DNA of 62,748 nucleotides, the filler included. It is 13 parts of 13 records of this genome, joined end to end, with 100 filler letters (N's around TTAATTAATTAA, not from the genome) between each part and the next. Parts side by side here need not be neighbours in the genome. Positions count along the whole stretch, not along the records: positions 49,834 to 59,189 come from SRR15195285_6205; positions 59,290 to 62,748 come from SRR15195285_6206; 11 more parts are not named here. The stretch is one strand, 5' to 3'. Shown here one piece after another: positions 55,001 to 62,748 of the stretch (the first letter of the stretch is position 1; each line of letters opens with the position of its first letter). Below the pieces are notes generated by a model, which saw only the letters and a list, made by a program, of their open reading frames with translations, had not been told where the DNA came from and ran no database searches. The position numbers and the translations under genes are program-made.

Positions 55001-58000
55001 CACTAGAGTGGGCAGTGAGATGCTCAATACGCGCCTGGTGATCGCTCTGCACTGCAGACAGCTTGGTTTGCAGCATCGTCGATTTTGCCTCGAGATCTTC
55101 TATGCTTGCTGTGGACTTTTCTGTCAAGGCGTTCAGAGTCTTCTCGACCGCGTCCAGAGCTGCACTCAGGTTTTCTCCCTGCTTGATGTGCTGCTCATTA
55201 AGTTCATCGTAGCTCTTGACAATGGACGCTTGGATTTCTTCTTGCCGATCTTTGTTCTCCAGAGACAGATCGTGAAGCTGCTTGTCCAGGTCCCCACATG
55301 TACGCGAGAGCTTCTCCCACCGTTCAGCTGCATGCTTCTCGCTTTGCATGTGCTTCTCATGCTGGGCAGCTTCTAGATCATTGTGTGATTGTGCCCATTG
55401 CTGTTGTCGCTCTTGAAGCTTGTGGCGCAAGTCACCGAGCTGCTTCTCTAGTGCGATATCCTTCGCAGTGAAACGTTTCTCCAGGCTTGCGCAGGTCGTT
55501 GTTAGGTTTGCCTGACATCGCTCAATCAGGCCACTAGCTTCTCTGGCTGCCTTGGTGTGGACGTCATGCTTCTCATCATATTGTACCTTCAAGTTTTTCT
55601 GTTCGTCCATGATATTCTCCATGAATCCCGCCAAGCGTGTATCATATGATGCTGCAGCCGCCTCTATTTTCGTGCTGACGTCACCCATGTCAGCCTCACG
55701 CTGCTGATGATGATTTGCAAGCCGACTCTCGTTCGTTGCACAGCGCTGCGATAATTTCTCATCAAGCGCCCTGTGCGTTTGCATAACTTGAACGTGATTA
55801 TCGTCACTTTTCTGCTCGAGTTTGCTCAGCTTCTCGATTAGGCTCCCAACACTCTTTTCTAGGTCTGCTTCCGAAGCTGCGAACTTTGACGCCAATTGAT
55901 CGGTAGCAAGGCTGGCATTGCTGCCAGTTGCCATGATGGTTGAACGCAGGTCTTTGGCGCTCTCCTGCAACCGTTCTTGCATTGCGTGAAACCTTTCGTC
56001 CACCGTATTACCCCGTGCGCTGAATTGTTGGTCTAGGCGAGCTAATGCCTCTGTCGATTCCCGCCGAAGGTTTTGCAAACCCGTATCCATCAGGTCAGCA
56101 CTCTTCGAAACCTTGCGCACATCCTGTTGTATACTGGTTGCATCGCGCTCCAGCACATCCAAGCGCTGGTCATGTCGAATCGCTCGATCAGTTGTGGCTA
56201 CCTGTAGATGGCTCAATTTATCGCTCAGCTGCGAGTCTAGTGAAGCGGCGGCCGTCTTTGTATGCTCTTCTAGAGCGCGCACCATGCTCGCACTCTCGCT
56301 AGCTTTTGCAGTGATGCGCTTGCCCAGCTCGGTCGTAAGCTCCAGCATATGCTCACGGTCTCGTTCAAAGTGTTGATCGACAGTTGCAGCCTGTGCACAC
56401 AACTTCTCCTCGAGGAGCCGCAGCTGGTCTGGAAGGGTCGTCTTTAGTGCGTCCAGCTCTCGCTGCACAATGCTATCTTTCGTTTCAATATCAGCAGTGA
56501 ATCGTTTCGCCTGCATCTCCACTGCCTGCTCGATTTCATCTGCCTTGGCTAGCATATTTCGAAGGCGTAGGTCGTAATCTGCATTGTACCCGAGCATCTT
56601 TTCATTCAAGTCAGCATTATCATTCACTAGCCGGCTGTTGTGAAGCTGGACTGTACTTTCTAGCTCGGAAGTTTTCGTCTTGATCAACTCAGTGCTCTCT
56701 GCAGTGATCTTGGTGACATGTGCACGGTGCTCTTGGATTTCTTTGGTCAGCTTGTGTGCCACATCCCCCAGCTTAGTGTCAACGCGACTAATGGAAGACT
56801 GTGTGATCTCCTTATCGAGACCAACTTCGATGACAAACTGTTGTACTTCCAACTGTGTTGCTTCTTGAGTTTTTACCACCTGCCCAAGCGTCTCGTCAAC
56901 CTGCACTGAAAGGCCACGCATCTGCGCATCCTGTTGCTTCAACTGCTCGTCCACGGACGTGACAAGTTCTGTAGTGGTTTTGTCAAGCTTTGCATCCATC
57001 GCACTGACGCGTTCATCCATCTCACCAATTCCCATCTCCATCCTTTCGTACAGCGCACGGACTTCTTTGGCAACCACGTCATTCACGCGCAACTTTTCAT
57101 CTTCAATGCGCTCACGCAGCTGTGTACTCTGCTCGTCAACTCTATGAATGATCCCAGATGTTTCCTTGTCTACGAAAGCCGTCAAATTTCGAACTTGCAT
57201 ACCCAGTGCTGTCGATGTCGACTTCACTTCGTCACTCAACGATGTGACTGAGCTCTCAACCCGCACCCGCAGGTCGTCGGTCTTAGCCTGTACTTTCTCA
57301 GATATTTCTTCAGTCACCTGAGTCATTTTGGCTCGCAGTGCCGCGCCAAGGTTATCGACGCTCGTAGATATTTGCTTGTGTTGCTGATCGGCAGTGTTGC
57401 GTGCAGCGATGACGTCATCCTTTGCGGTCTCCACTGCAGCAGCTGTTTCTGTTTTCAGCTGAACCACCATGTTATCCAAAGCCTCCGAAAGCTTTGTCGC
57501 GCTACTGTCTAGCCTCTCGGACAGTTCAGTCGCTTGCACGTCCGTCCTGGCCAAATTCCGCTCCACAGCTGCAGTGAGAGTGGTCTCGATTGCCGTCGCC
57601 CTTACCTGCTGCTCTTCAGTGCTCGTTCTGATCAGGTTTTCTAGCCTCGCCTCTTCTTGCTCAGCATCAGCCCCGACCCCCTTGATCTGCTTCATCAAAT
57701 CATCTGCCATCGCACCGAGACGCTCTTCTATCTCCACCATCTTTTGTGACTGCTCTTCGCACCTGGCCGAGAGATTATCCGCGCAGTCACGGATTTCAGT
57801 GGTGAGCTGCTCATGCAGTTCGGAAGCATCGTCGACTGTCATGGTCTTCTCCAGTAGGTCCATTAGCGACCCGATCGCTTCGCGCTGCTCGTCACTTTCA
57901 GCCTGCAGCTTCGCGATGCCTCCTTGAAACGTTTCGTCGGACTGCCCTGTCAAGCTCTTGAGATCGGTCACGGACTCTGCAAGCATTGACAGCTCGTCCG

Positions 58001-58904
58001 CAGCAAGGTTCATCTCCTCCTGAAGACTTGCTGTTTCCTGTTGCAGAACAGGCACTGCTTCTTGAAGTGGCCTGACTGCGGCCTGGAACAGATCCTTGTG
58101 GTCCTGGTAGTCACTCCGCACGTCATCCAAAAGCGCCCTCGTGGCCTGCACCTCGTGTGCTTCGTCACGGCGCGATTCACGCTCGGCTGCTGAGCGCTGG
58201 CGCTCAGCCTCCAGCTCTCCTGCAAGAGCCATGCGCTGCTCCTCCTCTCTGCGCAGAGACTCTCCCCACTGCCGCTCCTTCTCAACCCACTCCTTCTCGC
58301 TCGCATCCAGTCGCCGTGCGAGCTCATCCATTGCAGTTCTCGTGTCTCTCGCAACTGTCAACGCCAAAGTCTCGCTAGTACTAGCGCCGTAACCCACGCG
58401 CTGCTGAGTGGGAGGCTCTTCCGGCCCATGTCTCGCAGTCGGCTGCTGCCACGCCAGCAACGTCTCCTCCATAGGCTGCTGCGCCATCTCCTGCTCCTGA
58501 TGCTGCTGTTGTGCCATTCCCTGGTACTCGTCTTGCTGCTGTTGCTGCTGCTGCTGCCGCCGCCACTGCTGCTGCTGCTGCCGACTCCGACGCCGCTGCT
58601 CCTGCTCTTCAACCTGGTCCTTTTCCCGCAACCGGCTGATCGTGGACAGCACACTGGAACGCGGCGCAGTGTCGAGCTGCTCGACGGGACGACTCGCCGT
58701 GTCACGTAGTGCCGCCCGCGTAGACCGAGCTCCCAGCTTCTGGCGCAGCCGCTCTGGCGGGACGCTGGCCGGATCGGGCCAGCCGGAGAACTCCACCTCG
58801 TAGACTCCGTTTGCTCCGCTAGGCAGCGCCCGGATCCTACCTTGGTACCAGTTCGAGCCTTCGAATTTTTGTGCCTCCACCCAATCACCCACTTGGTATG
58901 ACAT
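52065..58904 (-). CDS. Giant (~2250 aa) coiled-coil protein with an N-terminal Tudor/Agenet-like domain and poly-Q
   Basis: MSYQVGDWVEAQ...WYQGRI...YEVEF...VPPERLR, followed by about 2000 aa of Pro-poor helical sequence. Probable intron 52438-52355. Confidence 0.8.
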   Translation of the reverse strand: MSYQVGDWVEAQKFEGSNWYQGRIRALPSGANGVYEVEFSGWPDPASVPPERLRQKLGARSTRAALRDTASRPVEQLDTAPRSSVLSTISRLREKDQVEEQEQRRRSRQQQQQWRRQQQQQQQQDEYQGMAQQQHQEQEMAQQPMEETLLAWQQPTARHGPEEPPTQQRVGYGASTSETLALTVARDTRTAMDELARRLDASEKEWVEKERQWGESLRREEEQRMALAGELEAERQRSAAERESRRDEAHEVQATRALLDDVRSDYQDHKDLFQAAVRPLQEAVPVLQQETASLQEEMNLAADELSMLAESVTDLKSLTGQSDETFQGGIAKLQAESDEQREAIGSLMDLLEKTMTVDDASELHEQLTTEIRDCADNLSARCEEQSQKMVEIEERLGAMADDLMKQIKGVGADAEQEEARLENLIRTSTEEQQVRATAIETTLTAAVERNLARTDVQATELSERLDSSATKLSEALDNMVVQLKTETAAAVETAKDDVIAARNTADQQHKQISTSVDNLGAALRAKMTQVTEEISEKVQAKTDDLRVRVESSVTSLSDEVKSTSTALGMQVRNLTAFVDKETSGIIHRVDEQSTQLRERIEDEKLRVNDVVAKEVRALYERMEMGIGEMDERVSAMDAKLDKTTTELVTSVDEQLKQQDAQMRGLSVQVDETLGQVVKTQEATQLEVQQFVIEVGLDKEITQSSISRVDTKLGDVAHKLTKEIQEHRAHVTKITAESTELIKTKTSELESTVQLHNSRLVNDNADLNEKMLGYNADYDLRLRNMLAKADEIEQAVEMQAKRFTADIETKDSIVQRELDALKTTLPDQLRLLEEKLCAQAATVDQHFERDREHMLELTTELGKRITAKASESASMVRALEEHTKTAAASLDSQLSDKLSHLQVATTDRAIRHDQRLDVLERDATSIQQDVRKVSKSADLMDTGLQNLRRESTEALARLDQQFSARGNTVDERFHAMQERLQESAKDLRSTIMATGSNASLATDQLASKFAASEADLEKSVGSLIEKLSKLEQKSDDNHVQVMQTHRALDEKLSQRCATNESRLANHHQQREADMGDVSTKIEAAAASYDTRLAGFMENIMDEQKNLKVQYDEKHDVHTKAAREASGLIERCQANLTTTCASLEKRFTAKDIALEKQLGDLRHKLQERQQQWAQSHNDLEAAQHEKHMQSEKHAAERWEKLSRTCGDLDKQLHDLSLENKDRQEEIQASIVKSYDELNEQHIKQGENLSAALDAVEKTLNALTEKSTASIEDLEAKSTMLQTKLSAVQSDHQARIEHLTAHSSEKLEQVTTAVHQRATKTEADVSSLAAALESDGRKTSNTLTSLEQRFTETSTAADIALHELNSRLVARLEDVDRRAEEQLQQHEAQLVDARSKVSELELDTSRQISSLDAKSANAVASLEEKSADQHQSHTTGLVDMEAALTAKLQALTKLHSELSETVLNNHTWTNGETNQIKQTIISRSEEETRRVDSQLASVGESIRQLEILSTQKIEGVANQLSEFMSENGATSAQMRTQMSQLETRLSSTVETHGNTIADIRKELSVCVKDLTARSDANDKVHSDLLDRLKKDMDTGMQGLRDQCERVEAAGNTVRQDATAETAKVHVDMQQELSSFRDRVLSKVQETDTKVDDLRRILQDNKRASTDGLSTLTAKLSEHHSSTDMRITNLDSSLAGTTERINLELRDLNDTLSRRVDELHDEVGRNEMQLKRSLDAQESRFDTAIERHDRQLKEQREHFTQVATATAVLVTDTCKGLETMLSETLTGTRAELFEKIEAMGQQVDKNKFELVAMHNELKASIKAQGQQWKEHALELQAKIDVQHNQFSSTTNEIKAEATERDSREALRHETLSGMLEMEVKRVATAQEEQEIRFTSQLAEIRSSTDKIDHKVSTELNVISKDLLARSMSLQEDSTKQAHKLADLEGKNRLEIARIEKTMNSLHRTSGQALDSLSKTASSERVQLERALKEMVGELSRTTQADKQALAESLGSLSASLTASELKLATELEGLGRTLIAGHEGRTARVEEKMTALGNRLDIIDEKDRTVIKVIEALRADFGAGQKASALATETLRLSIDDRINEQGDKHATTCAQLDDFIKSIAANLQAEVGRAQDEEKRQAARAAELMSDLEMLCKEQASAGMACYARHVDCSWHLSDTSLAALCACSPARRDAVREVLGQVSPAIASTQAKLLVTCEKTELKTAMMMVDNDIKDLTEAVKTLAEEVRDEEPARMIDQRLEGLDADVADVSAEVSILSALVESVE

Positions 58905-59848
58905 TGCTGCCGAAGAGACGAGAGCTCTCGGCACTCTGCCACAGACCGACACCGCTCCAAGCGGCGAGATTCAGCGCAGATTGCCGGCGACGAACAGATG
59001 CCTCTTGCTCGAAAGCTGCCAGCGCAGTTTCCGTCTAGTCGAATCGCGGACTCCTGCGCATACGGGGACCCACAGTTGCCTTCGCGCCCTCGCGCCACTT
59101 CGGCGATGTCCTCTGCCTCCAGCCTGGGCGGGCGCTGCGTGGTCCACACCCCCGGGAGCCTCCCAAATGCCAACGGCCGTCGTCACTCCNNNNNNNNNNN
59201 NNNNNNNNNNNNNNNNNNNNNNNNNNNNNNNNNTTAATTAATTAANNNNNNNNNNNNNNNNNNNNNNNNNNNNNNNNNNNNNNNNNNNNCCGGAAACCCC
59301 ACCACCCCCACCGGAGACCTCTGACTCTATAGGCAAATATGTTTTTATGTTCGTTTTTGTTTTGGGGTTATGCTTGTTTCATTACATCGACCAAAAAACG
59401 GATGGATGCTTGAGCGACATGCTCAAATGTCTGCACAAGGATCACGGCTAAGCATAGTTGGGCAGTAGTACTGTCACTTTGGCGTGGAGCCATTGCATTG
59501 CAATGTTCGAAACACACAATGACATGTTGTCCTAAACTGCATTCTATTATCCCTAGCACTATGTAAGCCTATATCCGTATGTAGCCAGTAGCAATGAGCT
59601 ACCGAAAACAAATGGGCTTTTGTGGTCGAATGGTGGTTGCTCGTGTGGGTCGTGGAAATGTTCGCAAGCTAGGGTATCCACGTCGTTGGCAATGTTTCTC
59701 TGCATGATGACCTCACCTATTACGTGCATGATCTTAGAGCTGCCGCAACCCGGACCGAATTGCATTAGGAACTCTCAGTGCGCAGCAACTCGTCGCTACC
59801 AGCTGCAGTTCGTTCCCTCAATCCATACGCTACGGTCGATCGGTTAGG

Positions 59849-62614
59849 TCAATTAGACCTGAGCGTCATAACGAACCGACTGAGAATTTCTGTGTCCTCC
59901 GTGTCGAATGGGTACCTGGCGGTGGCAATCCAGCGGATTGGTTCCTGTTAGAACTTGCGAATCACAATGGGTGCATAAAGACCAGAGATTTGGCGCACCA
60001 CTGGGGGTAGTTCGTATTCCTGTACACACCATTCGCAATATCATTCAACGTTGTTCCTACATGCCCGCGGTGCATACAGCACAAATGATTGTGTATGAAG
60101 GTAGTGGGCGTACCATATCTGGTTCTGAACATTGTAGTGCCAGCCGCCTTCTTCGATCCAATGCTCGATGAGCGAAGTCGTGTTGTCCTTCGTAGAGTTG
60201 TCCAACGCACTAGGAAATGGCGATAGCAGCCCTGCAGACACCACCGGCACATCCAGCGAGACGATCTCCATCTCAACCCCAGCGGGTAAAGAGTCACCAT
60301 CCTTCGCGTCAGCATGTTTATAAACTAATGCACCATCTGGTCCGAGCGCGTGCAGGTGTACTGCGCCATGCTCTACAACATCAGTCGGCGCAACGTCACT
60401 TGAGCCGTAGTAGCGCAGCTTCCACCCGCTTGGCTCGGTAGTCGCAGTTTTGAATGAAACCCACAGCGCCTCCGGCAAGCGGCTGGCAGTCTTGTTAACC
60501 GCTGAGACATTCAGTTCGAGCCCTGTTGCAGTCAGCACTACTGAGGTGAAGATCCTCTGAGGGGCACCGTTTGTTATGTAGAGGGGTGCAGCGAACTCAG
60601 ACTCGGTGGCAAATGCGCAGCTGTCCGTGCTCCGCCACAGTTTTGTCAGGCTCGGCGAGTGCACCCCCCATCCACCAAAAACATCGCCACCGTATGCAGA
60701 GCTCATGTTTGGTTTGGCAAAATTGTGGCACCCAATCGTCTCCGTCGCACCGTCCGTGTCGTTGAGGCAGTTGCCAGTGTACAACGAATCAAATGCAGTG
60801 AAGTTGTGCTCGGACAGAGTCTGGTACCTAACCTGCCCAAGCCTCGCATCACTGGACAATTTACCACCCACTTGGATCCGATCTTTTTCGTACTTGACCG
60901 AAGCCACGGAGCCATCAGAAGCAAATGCGATAGTGGCCGCATGAGCTTTGCAGTGGAACTCCCTATGCAAATCGCCCACCAGCTCCAATTGCTTCATCTG
61001 TTCCTCGCGCGCAGCAGCCAGCTGCGTTGAGGACAAGGCAGCGAGTGCGTCTAGTAGCTCCGAGCGGAAGGCACCATGCTGACCAGCTAGATTGAGGTTG
61101 AGTACAGCGTTTTTTACGTACGAGCGCTGCTCCTGCCAGCTCTCAATAGTCAGCTGGTAGTTCGCTCTGTTCAGATTCTCTTGCAGCTGCTCGTTGCTCC
61201 AGTTGCCATAATCACCTAGATAAAAAGTCGTGTCAAGCCCCCACGTGTGCTCTGGTATGAGTGACAGTAACCGGTCAAAACGGACGAAGTCGATGGAGCT
61301 GACGTTGCAGCGGCCCGCTGAAATGCATGCAAAGCGGCGACGGCCAACCTCGCGGAACTCGCTGTTCTTACGGGGATCTGAGGCAGTTGTCAGCGTACAG
61401 CGAGTCAAGTGCAGTGGAGTTGTGCTCGGACAGAGTCTGGTACCTACCTGTTGGAATTCCGTACAGCCAGGTGTCACCGATTTCCTGCCGCACAATGGGC
61501 AGCAGGTGGCGCTCGTCTTCGGCCTGTGCGAAGAAATCGTCAAAGTTCGATGCAAAGACGTGCGCTTCCGGGTGCTCGCTGCGTAGCATTGCTATGGTCG
61601 AGTTGAATATGTCAGCGGATGGACCAGAGTTGTCCCTATTCCTGCAATAGCAAGAAGTACGGTGCGCCAACACACAATGAGTGGGTGGACTGAAACTCAG
61701 GCCTGCAGCGAGCGGCGCGCCACACGTTCCCAAGCCGACTGCTCAAAAGTATCGGAAGGGCGGGCTCACCAAGCACAATATAGCCCAACCCCAGAAGGCA
61801 GCACGTGTAGACCACTACCGTATCCATGGTCTGCCGTCATCAGGACCTCTGCCCGAGATGCCTCGTCGACCCAACGGAAAACGCCCATGTTGCCCTTGCT
61901 GGGAGTATGGCTGCCTGGAAGAACCGGGTGCCCAACCGTTGACCCTCCAGAGCCAAGCGAGATATACTTTACGCCATGCTTGTTGAGGAGAGGGAGGATG
62001 GCCCGGGACATGCCAGTCTCATCGCGCTGAGAGAAAGTCCTGGGCCGCCGCACGCCCAACTCTTCAGCCAGACGCGAGCTAATCGCCAGGCTGGCCTCGA
62101 ACTGGGATGCATCGTAGCTCTCTGGACAGCTAGAGTGTGGAAACGCCTGAAAGAATATGTCGCCCTGTGCCACGGCTGCTTTGAACTGTGCAATCGTCGT
62201 TGCGTTGGGACAGCTCAACAGTAGGTCGCTCGTGTGGCCCACGCGCCAGTCGTTCACGCCGGACTTGGCGCAGTCCAAGAAGAGAGCAACTATCCATGGC
62301 TGCGCCATGTAGATATACCGATCGCCCCCTGCCGCACGCGTAGCATCGGCCATCGCTGCCGCGCGCGGAAAAAACACATTGAAGTACTCGGATGTTACGT
62401 TGGCGGCCAGTGGCATGCAGCGCTCGCCGTTTGGGGAGAACAATCCCTCGCACCGCTCGGGCCCACCAGTGCCGTCGTTCCAGGAGCGCTCATTGAAACC
62501 GACGTCCAAATGGTTCGAGAAGACGACATGAATCTTGGTCACTTTAGCAGAGGTGGTCGCCGTCGTAATCGTCGCCGCCAACCACATGGCGATGGCGCCT
62601 TTCGTGAACGACAT
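59849..62614 (-). CDS. Secreted DUF5054 / GH38-N-like glycoside hydrolase; 5 exons
   Basis: IHVVFSNHLDVGF, QRDETG, FRW, DNSGP, IGDTWLYGIPTDP, EHTWG, SWQEQR, NKTASRLPEALW, NQIWNTNYPQWYPF. Introns 61769-61642, 61447-61378, 60113-60020, 59998-59916. Includes a 21-nt micro-exon at 59999-60019. Confidence 0.85.
60762..61447 (-). repeat. Dispersed direct repeat: intron 61378-61447 is a copy of coding sequence 60762-60832
   Basis: Manual alignment gives 63 of 70 intron positions identical plus one 1-nt gap. Confidence 0.95.
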
Positions 62615-62748
62615 CGCGCGCGATAACAACACGATCGGAGCGCGCCGCCCCGCCGCCGGCGCCGGCGCGCGCGCGAGGCCGCATGCGCTGATCGGCACAG
62701 GCGCCCACAGTAGACCCACTCGATGGCCGATGCGTCCGTCCGGTGAAC

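Noticed and set aside
4874-59289. Recurrent TTAATTAATTAA motif and ORFs ending in XXX-LIN
   Set aside because: Artificial spacer between contigs, not biological. Cross-spacer clustering (for example E2 next to the NRPS-like gene, or tandem receptors) cannot be inferred.
1-62748. rRNA, tRNA, CRISPR arrays, prokaryotic operons or defence systems
   Set aside because: None seen; gene structure is eukaryotic throughout.

Overview
This window is not one locus. It is 13 short contigs joined by an artificial 100-nt spacer (44 N + TTAATTAATTAA + 44 N) at 4874-4973, 9461-9560, 13493-13592, 17455-17554, 23114-23213, 27127-27226, 30988-31087, 36056-36155, 40132-40231, 45772-45871, 49734-49833 and 59190-59289, so gene neighbourhood is meaningful only within a contig. 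The DNA is GC-rich nuclear DNA of a eukaryote: about 35 GT-AG introns of 70-200 nt, plus a formin, ubiquitin-system genes and PTS1 signals. It is probably a heterotrophic protist MAG/SAG; the taxon cannot be determined here. Hand-spliced genes include two sulfatases (a 10-exon ARSB-like enzyme with an inserted PAN/Apple domain, and an ARSK-like enzyme), two related Cys-rich/multi-TM/EF-hand/WW receptor-like genes, a UIM-RING-3x PARP-type zinc-finger protein, a multidomain E2, a one-module A-DH-KR0-ACP-FSH1 enzyme, an OFCC1-like protein, a CE4 deacetylase, a PhyH dioxygenase, an SDR, an AKR, a membrane protein with an M6PR/ATG27-type tail, a formin, a giant Tudor/coiled-coil protein, a DUF5054/GH38-like hydrolase and an RLE non-LTR retrotransposon fragment. 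Most striking: (1) a 70-nt intron that is a near-copy of a downstream exon of its own gene, with the differences creating the splice signals, plus a homologous intron pair in another gene; (2) the KS-less, C-less A-DH-ACP-TE enzyme whose A domain lacks the amino-binding Asp; (3) a candidate DNA-break-sensing RING ligase; (4) a formin ending in a WASP-like DDDWD tail. All domain calls are by eye from motifs; no database search was run.
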